Assembly: GCA_951406725.2 (NCBI GenBank)
Contig: OX597830.1
Coordinates: forward strand, 13,640,001 to 13,704,000
Origin: Octopus vulgaris
Lineage: Eukaryota
Direction: 5' to 3'
Length of the DNA stretch: 64,000 bases
This document shows, in pieces, positions 26,207 to 40,345 of this stretch. The notes under the pieces are model-generated. The model ran no database searches, was not told where the DNA came from, and saw nothing but the letters and a program-made list of their open reading frames with translations. Within the stretch, counting starts at the first letter, position 1; every line of letters begins with the position of its first letter. Made by a program: the position numbers and the translations under genes.

Positions 26207-26234
26207 TATATACATATATATAAATATATACATG

Positions 26235-26332
<98 letters not shown>

Positions 26333-26930
26333 TATATTCGTTTTCTCAATATTAATATGTATATGTATAACTCTCTATAGTTTTTTCTACTAGTCCACTT
26401 GTTACGTTATATTCTACTATACAAACGTGGCCCTGTTTATTATACTTTGACTCGACCCGTTACCATTTTTTAAACACTCCTGTTAGCCTTTCATTCTTAT
26501 TTTCATGTTATAGCTTACCGCACATATAGACGTGCATGCACATTGATATGTCTGTCTTTATTGTGTTCCATCTCTCTTACTATTATTATTCTGTTATTTT
26601 TTCCCCCTTTTACAACTTGCTTGTAAATATCTGATTTTTTCCCATTACACCATTTGTATTCTCCCTTATTGTATCTTATTTTGCTTTACTTTATTTTATT
26701 AAACCTTTTGTTGTCCTTATAAAAATTCCTCATACTAACGAAAATGACAATGCATAAATTCAATTATAATTACTATGGTTATAATTTTTTTCTTACATAT
26801 TTGTATTGTCCTTTGAAACGCGCATATGTATTGAATCCTATTTTGCATTAAATCTTTTCCTCCTCCATTTTTCTAATATTGCGTATGGTATATTTATACC
26901 TATAACGATATTTTTCAACTATCATTTTCA
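25355..26930. mobile_element. PLE pLTR-like fragments with a ~130-bp inverted repeat
   Basis: 25760-25893 is the reverse complement of 26648-26778; HHR motif at 26731. Confidence 0.55.
26731..26828 (+). ncRNA. Hammerhead-like motif with 73-nt stem II, core mutated
   Basis: caua CUAACGA aaaugacaaugca...uguauuguccuuu GAAA CGCGCA uaug; the inverted paralog retains CUGAUGA (25797-25803, minus). Confidence 0.6.
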
Positions 26931-27110
26931 TATTATTATGAAAAGATAAAGAACCTCTATGTGCTCGCTCAACATTCTGAAAATAGAAATTAATTCTCCC
27001 TCAAATCAAAGCCTACTGTCCTATATATGATCTAGTACACCGCATCTGAAACTATACATCCTGCCATTAGTGTCGATATATACTAATTTTCATGTTTTTT
27101 TATCGTTTAT

Positions 27111-27305
27111 CTTTCACTTGTTTCTATCATTTGACTGTGGCCGTGCTGGGGCACCGCCACGAAAGGTTTTAGTCTACCAAATGAACCGCAGGACTTTTTT
27201 AAAGCTTGATACTTATTCCATCCGTCTCCTCTGCCGTGTTACGGGGGACGTAAACACATCATCACAGGTTATCAAGCGGTGGTGAGGGGTAAACACAGAT
27301 ACAAA

Positions 27306-27365
<60 letters not shown>

Positions 27366-27419
27366 CATGTGCATGTGTGTATATATATGTATATACATAT
27401 ACATACATACATACATACA

Positions 27420-27518
<99 letters not shown>

Positions 27519-27683
27519 CGACGGGATTCTTTCTGTTTCCGTCTATCATAGCTACTTGCAAGTCTTCAGTAGGCCTGATGCTGTAACACAAAACACTTGT
27601 CAAGGGTCCACGCAGTGGAACTGAACCCCGGAAGTATGTAGATGTGAAGCAAGCCTCTAACCATACACTTACACCTGCGCCTA
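27111..27683 (-). mobile_element. SINE family A with expanded internal (TA)n
   Basis: Head and tail match 11121-11541. Confidence 0.85.
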
Positions 27684-28807
27684 TTGTATATCTGCTAATA
27701 ACATTAATGCATGAAAATGGTCTTCTGTTCTTAATATGTGCAGAGATCTCTGAATTATAACATTCAATATAGTTTGGTGGTGAATATAATAGCAGTAGCC
27801 AGGAAAGCTTATTCTATTTTGAGCAATAATAGTAGACATCGGTGAAATATGTCCTTAACCTTCCTCTTTAGTCTTGTACTCATAACGTGAGATGTTTCGA
27901 GCCCTCGTAAAAAGAACCCGGTGTACGTACTAGGAAGCTGAGCTTGAAGTACCTTTTTTTTCATAGTCTCGACTGCAAAGAAAAAACTGCACTCTTCTCA
28001 CATCCCGAAGAAATTCAGTGATGTTAACTTTGAAATACTTGATTACTTACCAGGTGATGTAAAGTTTGTTACAGGCTCGCAAACCCTTTAAAATTCCTAC
28101 TTAAGGTTTCGATTATAAAAGGTTTCTTGCATTAAGGTATTTTATGTTGAGAATTGAGTGTAAATGCAGTCTAATAGATTACATATGAAATTATATAGCT
28201 TAAGTAGTTTTCTTTTCTAAATCTTATGTAAACATGCATGTTAAAGCTTAATTTCTAGCTACGCAAAAATTAAAAATATTGCTTATGTGTATCTGTAAAA
28301 TAGAATTCTGTAATACATGGCATGTCAAATAACTAAATACTTGTTTATTATATATAAGGTATAAGGCAGATTAAACAAGGGGTATTCCTTTCAGTATGAT
28401 AAGAATTAACTTTAATCTAAATGATTTCAACTTATTTGTTTGGATGTGTTTAAGTCATATCTAATTTCAATGCACACATATATCCTAGCTGCTTATAAAA
28501 GAAATATCTCCACATAGTTAAGACTAAGAAATGTCTAAGTTGATTAAAGCAAAGCAGATCTTTAGAATCAACAGAAATCTTTCCTCGGTGTACAAATGAC
28601 ATCGACTTACTTTTTGATAAGTATTTGACATGTTGATTAATAACTAATACTTTCTTGGTAATATTTTTGTTGTAAATGCATGAACAGATAGTCAGAAGTA
28701 CTTACTGGTATTATGATGGTCAAGTCTCTCTCTAGGAAATTGTCCAAAGTAAGTTAATTGCTTAAACAGAAAACAAAACGACACCAGTTATTCAGTTCCC
28801 TAGACTA

Positions 28808-29045
28808 CAGTAATCCCTCGCCACATGGCGGTTCACCAATTGCGATTCAACTATCACGGTTTACTATTTAAGCTTACGTCGATTCCTCCGCGGCGTTGTT
28901 TTGCATTTATAATAAAATAAATAAATACAAATTATAAAAATAATGAAAAAATATATACAGCACAGTACTGTTACTACTTCACGGATTTTCAATTATCGCG
29001 GGGTTTTTTTGGAACGTAACACCTGCGATAGTCGAGGGATTACTA
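28808..29045. mobile_element. Tigger/pogo-type MITE
   Basis: TIRs cagtaatccctcg / cgagggattacta, flanked by TA on both sides. Confidence 0.85.
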
Positions 29046-29250
29046 TACACATTGTTTTCTATAGTGTTTGCCACATGCAGTCCTAATTTGAATACTCGCC
29101 AACACAATACCTCAGAATATTTGTTCGATTTTATAAGACAATTTATCTAAAACTTTACCGTAAAAATGTATATTTTTAAGCAACAATAAATCTCTGAACG
29201 AGATGTAAACTGTAACCGCTCGACAACGTAAAGTATACTAGCGATCTCAA

Positions 29251-29462
29251 TATGGCTAACCACTAAGGGTGGGTGTTACTGTAGCTTTTAGCCCCAGGAG
29301 ACCATCGTCTCCAGCTGGCTTTAGGCACACTTTCTGTGCCCTTATGGTATTTGCAAAGGGAGGTCATCCCTCTCTCGTAAACCTAAGTGATACTCACAGA
29401 CTGCAGTTTCTAGGTATTTGCCTGTCTTCGGCGTACGGCAATCACCGGTTTACGATGAAGGG
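29251..29462 (-). mobile_element. Short non-coding HHR-bearing repeat, copy 1
   Basis: Reverse complement aligns with 40131-40345; HHR at 29394-29436: CCGAAGA cagg-caaaua-ccua GAAA CUGCAGUC. Confidence 0.7.
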
Positions 29463-31012
29463 AGACCTGTTTGCAAATACTTATTGTTTTTCTAGTAACT
29501 TCCGTCACTGATTTCGAAAAACTGTCTGCAAGCAATAATAAATCTAGCTGGAGACGATGATCTCATGGGGCTAAAAGCTTTTACGTTTATTTCAGGGTTA
29601 AAATTCCTTTTACACCTTATGGGAAAACTGCTTTTAATAACATTTCTTTATAATTTTAGAAAAAAAAAAGAACATGACTTCAGCATTTAGATATATCTTT
29701 AAATTTAAACAATATTATGACAATAAGTTACTGATAGATATATTGTGATTTCAAACTAAGTAAACTCCTTAACTTGAATTTATTAGTTTGGTTTCAGCCT
29801 GGTATCAGTTGAGAATGGTTCATATAAAATTTATTGGAATTTGTCACTTTTTTGACACTGACATACAGTTTGGTAAAAATTGTCAAATTTTATTGTGATA
29901 AAGTGTAAATAATATCGAATAAAAATATTGTCAAATAGGAGATGGTTCAGTTAATTCATTTTGGTTAGCATTTAAAATTTATTATTGAGAGCGGCTGGCC
30001 TTTTACACCTTTATGTGACAAATCATTTCTGGAGACTGATTGCGAAACTTATTTCTAACTTCAGAAATTTCTACTTAAACATTAGTGTTAATATAATTAT
30101 TCGTATGATTTTCCGAATATCGAAAATAAATTCAGAGCACTAAACATTATAAAGCTGCTTTTTATCTTTAATAAATTTAACATCTTGACATTTGGCTGGA
30201 ATGAACTTATAACAGGTGAAGTAAACCGAACTTTATTTTTACTAGAAGAAAGTGCGTCACATTTTGAGAACAATGAAAATTGCTTTAATATCAATTGATA
30301 TGTACGTAGATATAATATTTGTCTACAAATTTAATACTCAAGTTAAACACTTCCTGTCTCAACACTCGTAAATAAAGCGAAAATATCAAAATTCAATTAA
30401 ATATTAAAAGCTATTTTAAAAATAACGAATATCAATTTCACATGGATTTGATTAAAAGCAATCAAAAGACAACAATAAGAATAAGTTCAACGTAGGATTT
30501 ATTAATATATATATATAAAACTATGAGAATATCTTTATCAGAAATAAACTTTTGTATTTCAAGCATGAATATATGCTGAACATTCCTCAATGAACTCGAT
30601 TTTTCATCAGAATATTTTACATTTGATTTGAAAAGGTCAATAAAATATCTTTCAGAAATAGGGTAAAAAAAAATCATCAAGGTACCATTTATTATTAGAA
30701 GATTGATTCTTCATTTGAAGATTCATTTAAAATATCAACATTGAATTAATCATTGAGTTGATCAACTATTTCATTATTGAACAAACAAGGCAAGCGTTAT
30801 ATTATGATCACTCAACTTGTTAAAGATAGCAGTCAACTCTCCGTCATATGATACTCTACTCTCTTCAAAGTTACATACTGATTGGTGTAGCTATTTACGG
30901 ACAGGTTACGACTCAAACGTCTTTACTCGATAACTTTGCTAGATCAAAGCAAGTCTGAAACTACACAACCAGTAGAACAACTATTTTTCCCGTTCACCTA
31001 TAACAAATCAAC

Positions 31013-31170
31013 ATAGGCACAGGCGTGCCAGTGTGGTAAGAAGCTTGTTTCCCAACTACATCCTTCTGGGTTCAGTCCCACTCCGTGGCACCTTAAGCTA
31101 TTGTCTTCTACTATTGCCTGATGAGGGCATTTGGTCGACGGCAGCTGAAGCCCGCCGTTTATATGTGTGC

Positions 31171-31258
<88 letters not shown>

Positions 31259-31435
31259 GTGCATATGTGTTTATGTCCATGTTTGTCCCCCACCATGGCA
31301 TGTCAATCGGTTGTTGTGTTCACGTCCCTGTAACTTAGCGGTTCGGTAAATGAGACCGGTAGAATAAGTAGCAGACTAAAGCCCTTCAAAGTGGCGCTCC
31401 AACTTGGCCACACTCAAATGACTGAAACAGGTAAA
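31013..31435 (+). mobile_element. SINE family A
   Basis: ataggcacaggcgtg...gggttcagtcccact...caaatgactgaaacag. Confidence 0.85.
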
Positions 31436-32404
31436 AAAAAAAAAATAAAAGATTGAACAATTTCCGACATGCTGCACATTTACAATATCTCCATTTCACC
31501 GACACATACAGTAAAATTTCATTGCGACAAAAATAAAGATAAGATGATACGAGCGAGAATTTCTACATAAGGGCACAGGGAAAAGAAATGCTCACCGTTA
31601 CTTTACAAAACCTATGTCTTGGATGCGCGCAGAGGCGAATAAAAATTTTATGGGCTCCTGTTCCACAAATATTGTATGCTTTTATCCAGTAAATATATTT
31701 TTCACAAGGTTAACCACAATTAAAATATAGTTATTCCACAACCAGTGTCAGATACACTTATTCTCTACACTACCTTCAAGGCAACTACCAGAGTATTCAC
31801 ACAGGTTACTAGAAGTATTCCTGTTATAACATGGATTGAGAATATCAGGTTTTCTCCTCAGCTCCATGGAAAAACTGATTGACACAACCGACCTCATTCA
31901 GAGCCACTTGAATATGAACTGCACCAGATTCAGACGCACTTGAATAGGCAGTCACACACTTAGGAAATTCGGCTACTATCTTTACACAGGCATCTACACA
32001 TACTACCACAACATATTCACGTTTACAACCGTTTAGATTCCCTCTTATTGTATCTAAGTGGTATATTACATCCACTCTTCTACACACAATTTTCATATGC
32101 ATATTAAAAAGAAATACATGAATGTTCTCTTATTCGTAATGCATTTTCTCATAAGTCTGTAGAATCTGTCATCATCCATAACAATACGATTCACTTGTTC
32201 TCTCATCCACTTGCTACATAAACTTTCTATGAGTGGGTATTATTAATCTGTTATTTACTATAAGGTTACAGATATCGAAAGCGTGCAGTGTTTCTTGCTT
32301 GCAACTAAATGCATCAAATTACCCAACAGACATTTTAATGTTAGCTCTGTCTTAAAGAAATAATTTAGAGTACATATACTTTGATACTTTATACATTGAT
32401 TCTA

Positions 32405-33295
32405 CGTGGTCTGAACAATAACTATCTGGACTTTAGTCATAGTAACGAAGCTAAAGCATGCAAAGTAAGCCGCTTGCAACAGACTGAACTTGACCTCTGC
32501 TGTGCATGCGCACTAAGTTTTAACGTTTTAACTCACTTCCGCCGTTTACAGCAGTGCATGAAAGGAAGGTGTGTAGCGTGTGATCGTCGCATTGACCATG
32601 ACAAGGAAAATTGTCATGGCGATACCTGCTCAGAGACTTACGCAAGGTTGCAGAAAGTGTATGGAGAGGAGTGTATGGGCTACACACAAGTGTAGAGTGG
32701 TTCAGGCGTTTCCAAAATTGCCGAGAAAATGTCGATATGGACGAACGTGCTGGGAGATCCTCAGTCAGCAGAACTGAGAAAAACATCGCAGATGTGCGTA
32801 CAGCTGTGAGGGGAAAATCATCGAATCCTCATCCGTGATAACAGAGGATGTGCAGATTGGTTTGAGTTCTGTTCAGTCCATTATCACAGAAAATTTGGGT
32901 ATGAGACGAGTGTCTGCCAAGTTAGTGCCAAAACTGCCTTCAGCTGACCAAAAAGATACTAGGGTTTTAGTTGCACAAGATCTCCTTGATTATGTCAAGA
33001 ACGATTACAACTTTTTGAAAACTTTGCGTAGGACTCTGAGCAGGCATTGCCAAGCTTTTGGTAAAATTTGATGCAGATCCTTGCTCAACGTTCTCTGCCA
33101 TAGTCAATGCCACGATCACCCGCTACACACGTTCTTTCCAAGCACTACTGTATATAGCGGAAGTGAGATAGAACATTAAAACTTAGTGCGCATGCACAGC
33201 AGAATTTAAGGTCGATCTAAGCCGAGCGGCTTTACTCTGCGTGCTTTAGATTAGTTACTATGACAATAGTCCGGATACTTACTGATCAAGTCACG
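32405..33295 (+). mobile_element. Non-autonomous mariner with very long inverted ends and truncated transposase (HTH region only)
   Basis: TA-cgtggtctgaacaata...tactgatcaagtcacg-TA. ETYARLQKVYGEECM..V*EWFRRF..DERAGRS..LGMRRVSAKLVPKL (WVPxxL-like motif); no catalytic domain. Confidence 0.92.
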
Positions 33296-33627
33296 TACAT
33301 GCTCAAAAAGAAAAAAAACTTTTCATTTAATTTCGTGAGGGCCCTCCTGGTAGGGTACAATTCAGCGCTGCGGCCCGTAAAACCAACCCATGCCTAGGTG
33401 TACTTGTACAGAAATATGGTTGATCCTGTATATGAACTCTTAGATACAACTAAGCGTTGGTTAATGCGTAAGGGATAAGCACCTCCACGGTGATTAGTTA
33501 TTTGGTTTCAGTTCTCAGTCGAAATTATTTCATTTCTATAAAGTTCATAGTGTTCTTTACAAATGAGCAAAATGTATGAACGCTTCCTAACTAAATACTT
33601 CACTCCTATTAATATTACGATAATTGG

Positions 33628-33800
33628 AGGCGGCGAACTTGCAGAATCATTAGGAAAATGCTTAGTATATTCTGAGTTCAAATTCCACTGAAGTCGACTT
33701 TACCTTCCAACCTTTTGGGGTCGATAAAATACTGCCGCAATGTAATCGATTTAGCCCCGCAACCAAAACTACTGACCTTGTGCCAAAATCTAAACCAGTA
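33628..33800 (+). mobile_element. SINE family B, degraded
   Basis: ggcggcgaacttgcagaatc...gagttcaaattcc...ggggtcgataaaat. Confidence 0.8.
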
Positions 33801-34164
33801 TTAGGATAATTGTTTCAGTTAAATATGGTAAGTTTAAGGGGCCGAAGTTGCTATGTTTATATATCAGAAGACAATGGTTAAGTTCTCATATCTTCATTCC
33901 AATACATTTTTGATAACCTAAATAAATCGAAATAAAATAATTTTATCAATTATTTTTACGGAAAGGAAACACATATTCCAGATCTTGCACATATTTATAG
34001 AATAAATGCCTTTCTATCACTCCAGCTCAAATTTTACCCGTGTTTTTTTTTTTTTGAATACATATTTACGTATGCACACATATTAATCTATTCAGCTTTC
34101 CGCACATTTCTGTGTCTGTCTTGCTGTCTGTCTGTGGGTCTGACTGTCTCTCCCTATATATAGG

Positions 34165-35100
<936 letters not shown>

Positions 35101-35292
35101 ATACGTTGACAACTAAATTTTCTAACTACTTGGATATTTTGTTAGATTATTATTATTATTATCATTATTATTATTGTTGTCGTTGTTGTTGCCGTCATCG
35201 TCTTTGTTGTTGTTCTCATTATCGCCCTTGCTGATGGATTTTGTGGTTATTATCATCATTATTCCTGGTGCAGCTGCTGCCGCCGCCGCCGC

Positions 35293-35408
35293 CGCGGTGA
35301 GCTAGCAGAATCGTTAGCACGCCGGGCGAAACGCTTAGCGGTATTTCGTTTGCCTCTACGTTCTGAGTTCAAATTCCGCCGAGGTCGACTTTGCCTTTCA
35401 TCCTTCGG
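35293..35408 (+). mobile_element. SINE family B 5' part (a further body fragment at 36184-36310)
   Basis: gagctagcagaatcgttagcacgccgggcgaaa...gcctttcatcc. Confidence 0.85.
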
Positions 35409-35830
35409 ATCTTTGATCTTTCCAAACTCATAAGAATTCCTTTTACAGCCTTTTTGAGATTGTAGAAGGATAGATCCCTGTTCAAGGAAAGCGTATATTC
35501 TTTCAGGTAATGTGAATGGGAGGATCTTGTAGGTGGTGTTGAGACATGTTATTGGTTGGTAGTTCTTTGGATTTTTGTGTCTTCAGTTTTTGGTAGAAGG
35601 AATGTTGTTCCTACTGTCAGAGTTTTCCACTTTTGGGACTCCCGAAGAATACATCTTAGCTCTTATATCCCTATTGCCTTCCATTTGTACTAATCAACGT
35701 CATCCAGTCTCACTTTCTCACGCTCTGTCCACAGTTGTATGACCAAGTTTGCCTTCCATCGCACCGATGTTATTGGACTGAGATTGTTTTGTGGAGTGAC
35801 TTCTTAATGTATGCCCATGTTATTTAACTC
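35409..35830 (-). mobile_element. R4/Dong-clade LINE reverse transcriptase fragment
   Basis: LTVGTTFLLPKTEDT/NPKNYQPITCLNTTYKIL..RIYAFLEQ..QKGCKRNSY. Confidence 0.8.
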
Positions 35831-35835
35831 GGAGC

Positions 35836-35940
35836 TTCTTCTTCTTCTTCTTCTTCTTCTTCTTCTTCTTCTTCTTCTTCTTCTTCTTCTTCTTCTTCTT
35901 CTTCTTCTTCTTCTTCTTCTTCTTCTTCTTCTTCTTCTTT

Positions 35941-35971
<31 letters not shown>

Positions 35972-36161
35972 CTTCTTCTTCTTCTTCTTCTTCTTCTTCT
36001 TCTTCTTCTTCTTCTTCTTCTTCTTCTTCTTCTTCTTCTTCTTCTTCTTCTTCTTCTTCTTCTTTTTCTTCTTCCTCTTCTTCTTTTTCTTCTTCTTCTT
36101 CTTCTTCTTCTTCTTCTTCTTCTTCTTCTTCTTCTTCTTCTTCTTCTTCTTCTTCTTCTTC
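35836..36161. repeat. (CTT)n/(GAA)n tract, ~325 bp
   Basis: Directly visible, few interruptions. Confidence 0.95.
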
Positions 36162-37054
36162 GTATTGTTATTATTATTATACCTCCGAGGTTGACTTTAC
36201 CCTTCATCCTTTCGGGGTCGAAAAAATAAATACCAGTTGAGCACTGGAGGCAATGTGATCGATTTATCACTCCTCCCCCAAAACTGGTGGCCTTGTGCTA
36301 AAATTTGAGATCATCATCATCATCATTTATCATTTATCATCATTTGATTACAGACGATGTAGTGAAAGTAGAGATGCTAAATATTGAACTATTATTGTAG
36401 GTAGATCAATGTCTATTGTTTGAATGTAACAAGAAACAAAATATTAATATAATTTCATCGTATATTCCTCCTGTGCTAATACATTAAAGCATACACATGG
36501 AATGTTCTGCAGAGTTAATCTCTGATTGAGACTGCTGAACTAAGACGCAAGAAAAAAAATCAAAATATATAAAATGTTGCTCTTTGAGAAGTATGTACGA
36601 CAGAAAGTAAATCATGAAAATACTTAACGAAAGATTGTATGCAGCTTAATTTGCATTAAAAGGCAAATGCGAACCAAAATAGAATGATCCATAAATGCAT
36701 TTTAGAAATTTCATTTTGAAAAAAAAAAAATGGTAAAAATATAGGGGTGGTTGTCAGGTATTTATTGGAATTTAGATTAATAAATTTTGGGCAAGGAGAT
36801 AAGCTTCTGCATGATGCAATTTCTGCGAGTCCCCAAACGATAACCTTTGTCGCAGAAACTGCTAGCTAAGATTAACTTTATGCAATTTCTACAGAATTTG
36901 ATTTTAGGTGAAATAAATTCTTACAGTAACTCGTTACTAGATCATTGATCGCAAAGAATTTCAATGTTATGAAATGGTTTTAATATAATTTCATAATACC
37001 CTTGTAATATGCATTAGCTGATATATTAATATTATTTAAGTAGTAACAAGAAGA

Positions 37055-37508
37055 AACATACTTCAGGGCAATCAGGTTACCGTGTTTTTGAAAATAGAGA
37101 GAAAATTGTCTATGTGCTTGTTATATGAATGTACGACATGGATTCTAGCAAAGCATCTTGAAAAGAAAATTGACGGATTTTATACAAGAATACGTCGAAC
37201 CGCTGTGGACATCACCCAGAGACACCCTACGAAAGGACTTCTCTACGATAATTTACCACCAATGTCACACGTCTTCAGAGAAAGAAGAATAATATTCGTT
37301 GGACATTACTGGAGAGCAAATGATAAGATCATCAGCAACGTTGTTTGGGAACTGAAGCATGGGTACGCAAATGCTTGTAGACCACACCGAACCTACATAA
37401 AGCAACTTTGCGAGGACTCCAAATGCACCCGAGGAGACCTACCACATGAAACGGGGGACCGAACGGACTGAAGAGAACGAGTCACGGTAACCCGTGCAAT
37501 AAGCACAA

Positions 37509-37539
<31 letters not shown>

Positions 37540-37540
37540 A
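37055..37540 (+). mobile_element. RTE-group LINE 3' end with microsatellite tail
   Basis: LLYECTTWILAKHLEKKIDGFYTRI..LYDNLPP..RERRIIFVGHYWR..RPHRTYI; followed by (TGC)n(TGA)n. Confidence 0.8.
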
Positions 37541-37770
37541 TGCCTGTGGTAATGACTCAAGGATTCATATACTTGAAATGATTGTCCTTCTCGGCAGTGA
37601 AAACTAATGTCATAATGCAAGGTACTTATTACTTTATTACATAATATAATATGTGTCAGCTCTAATGAAGCTGATGGCAATTTTTAAGATAACTGAGCAA
37701 ACTCTTTCTGTCAATCTTCGAGAAAAAATTGCTCTCTGCTTTCAATGCATTTCTAACAAGAAAAATGTTA

Positions 37771-38193
37771 CTTTTCCTTTTACTTGTTTCAGTCATTTGA
37801 CTGCGGCCATGCTGGAGCACCACCTTTAGTCGAACAAATCGACCCCAGGACTTATTCTTTGTAAGCCTAGTACTTATTCTATTGGTCTCTTTTGCCGAAC
37901 CGCTAAGCTACAGGGACGTAATCACACCAGCATCGGTTGTCAAGCAATGTTGGGGGGACAAACACAGACACACAAACATATACTCACACACATACATACA
38001 TATATACAAACATATATATATATATTTATGAAGCGCTTCTTTCAGTTTCCATTTACCAAATCCACTCAGAAGGCTTTGGTCAGCTCGAGGCTATAGTAGC
38101 AGATACTTGCCCAAGGTGCCACGCAGTGGTAATGAACCCGGAACCATGTGGTTCGTAAGCTAGCTACTTACTACACAGCCACTCCTACGCCTA
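37771..38193 (-). mobile_element. SINE family A, full length
   Basis: Matches 11121-11541. Confidence 0.9.
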
Positions 38194-38669
38194 AATGTGC
38201 TATTATGGTTGTCACACTTTTCTACACTTGATAATTTCTAGCTACATGGTAACAGCCCGGAGGATGTACACGTAATAGGGAATCATAAAAAATCTTTTTA
38301 ATCCTCATCACTTTTGCTCTCTTTTGAAGTTTAAGTCAATGCTTCTACACTTTAGAAACGACATTTTATCTGACCTAACAGACCATTCTATTGCTATTAT
38401 GGCAGCACTCATATCCTCTCTACATCTTCCTTCTTACCCCTACCTCTTCCCTCACTTCTCATTGTTCTTTCCTCGCCCTTTTCACCATTCTATTGTCGTC
38501 ATTCTTTATTGCTTGTGCCACCTTTTTGTCCGTATTTCTTGCCATCAATCTAGCACCTATTTTATCACTACATTTCCCCCCTACTAGATTAGGCTATCTA
38601 TTTATTTACACCCGTCAGCTAATTTTCACTCATCTACATTATGTATATGTAGGCACAATACATATAAAT

Positions 38670-38712
38670 GCTTCTAATGAACACCGTATCCCAGAAACAG
38701 CTGTCAAAACCT
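38670..38712 (+). ncRNA. Degenerate hammerhead-like motif
   Basis: CUAAUGA acaccguauccca GAAA CAGCUGUC; same palindromic ACAGCUGU as 15243; stem II poorly paired. Confidence 0.4.
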
Positions 38713-38829
38713 AACGGCACTTTCCATTCCCTTTTGAGTTTTATGACTCCCTAGATTCTTACTTATCTACCTAGATTGAACTTACACAAAAAACTACTCA
38801 AATTTTTCCTCTATCTCACCAATTATATA

Positions 38830-38980
38830 TACGACGGACTTCTGTCTACCAAATCCACTTACAACGCTTTGGTCAGCCCGAGGCTATAGTAGAAGACACT
38901 TGCCCAAGGTGCCACGCAGCGGGACTGAACCATGTAGTTCGAAAGCAAGCTTCTTATTACACAGATACGCCTGCGCCTAT
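38830..38980 (-). mobile_element. SINE family A 5' half
   Basis: tctaccaaatccac...cttgcccaaggtgccacgcag...ctgcgcctat. Confidence 0.85.
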
Positions 38981-40130
38981 ATATATATATACTAGCTGAC
39001 GTACCCGGTAATTCCCGGAAAAGCGAGGATTATCCTTCGGTTCCGTTCTCATAATTGTTTCGCTAATCCAAGAACAACAATACAAAGTATGTAGCCCTTA
39101 AAACGTTTTTTGTATATTTACAGAAAATACCGAACTGTCTTACATAGGATGTTGTTTTTAGTATATCCCAATAAGTTATGAATACCCAAATTGTGAAGTC
39201 ATTTACGTATTAACATGAAATTAATTACCCGATAGTAAAGAATTCAAATAAAGTAGTCCCAAAAAGGGGTTTAATGTGTTCCCAGAGTATATAGAACTTA
39301 GAGGAATAAGGTATGTATACCAAAATTGCGAAGCATGTTACATAATAACAAGTTAATCAGATATGAGATAACAATTCAAAAATAAGTAACTCTGAAAAAG
39401 GCTTTTGTGCGTTCCCAGAGAATATTACCCTCAGGAGCACTAGTGTTGAAATAGATTTACAATAAGTGTAGAAACAGACTGTGATTTGGTTTTACAGTAG
39501 ACATGCAAATGAATTTGCGTATCGATTTTAAAATGAAATAACATATAGATTATCAACACTTACGAAAACATCAACGCAGCTATCAATATGAATTAAGAGA
39601 ATGTTCCTACATGTAAAAAGCGTGTGACCTGTATGAATACAGTGAAGATTGCAATGTTATTGATAAATAAATGGCGATTTCTATCTGCTTGCTTGGTTGG
39701 TTGTTACATAGAGTACATCGTTACAAAACATTAACACATCTATCAATACAAATTAAGAAGGTGTTCGTTCTTGTAAACAGGTCGTGAGCTTTGTGATGAC
39801 AGTCCATTTGTCTAAAAGCAGAACAGTTCTTCATGCAGCGCCTGTCAATTGACTGAAGTGACACGAAAGGCATCACCATTCATGATATATTCGTGAATAA
39901 GTCTCTAACCGAAATAAGTGGATCTATTGTTTAGGAAAATACTATTTACTTGTTTAAGGTTTGTACCGGGTAAACTGTGAAAATACTTTTAACAATTCAA
40001 ATACTAAAAAATAAACATACACAACTTGATTTATACCAAATACTGATTTTGTCTGACAATTTATTGTAAGAAAGTCCACGTAATGTAGAATGCTTGTTTA
40101 ATAAATCGTATATATTTGCTTTGGGAACCA

Positions 40131-40345
40131 CTTCACATCGACAACCGGTGATTGTCACACGCTGATGACGGATCAATACCTAGAAACTCGGGTCTGTGTG
40201 TATCACATCAGGTCGGAGATGGGAAGGATGGTTTCCCTTTGCAAATACTGATAGGGCACAGAAAGTGTGTCAATAGCCAGCTGGGGGAGGTGTCTTCCTG
40301 GAGCTACAAGCTACAGTAGCATCCACCCTTAAGGGTTAGCCACAT
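40131..40345 (+). mobile_element. Short non-coding HHR-bearing repeat, copy 2
   Basis: Homologous to 29251-29462. Confidence 0.7.
40156..40200 (+). ncRNA. Type I minimal hammerhead ribozyme motif, intact core
   Basis: cacacg CUGAUGA cgg-aucaaua-ccua GAAA CUCGG GUC ugugug; 6-bp stem I, GUC cleavage triplet, weak stem II. Confidence 0.7.

Noticed and set aside
31845-32102. 85-aa ORF, or a Gypsy integrase-like remnant on the + strand
   Set aside because: Similarity too weak by eye; needs a translated search
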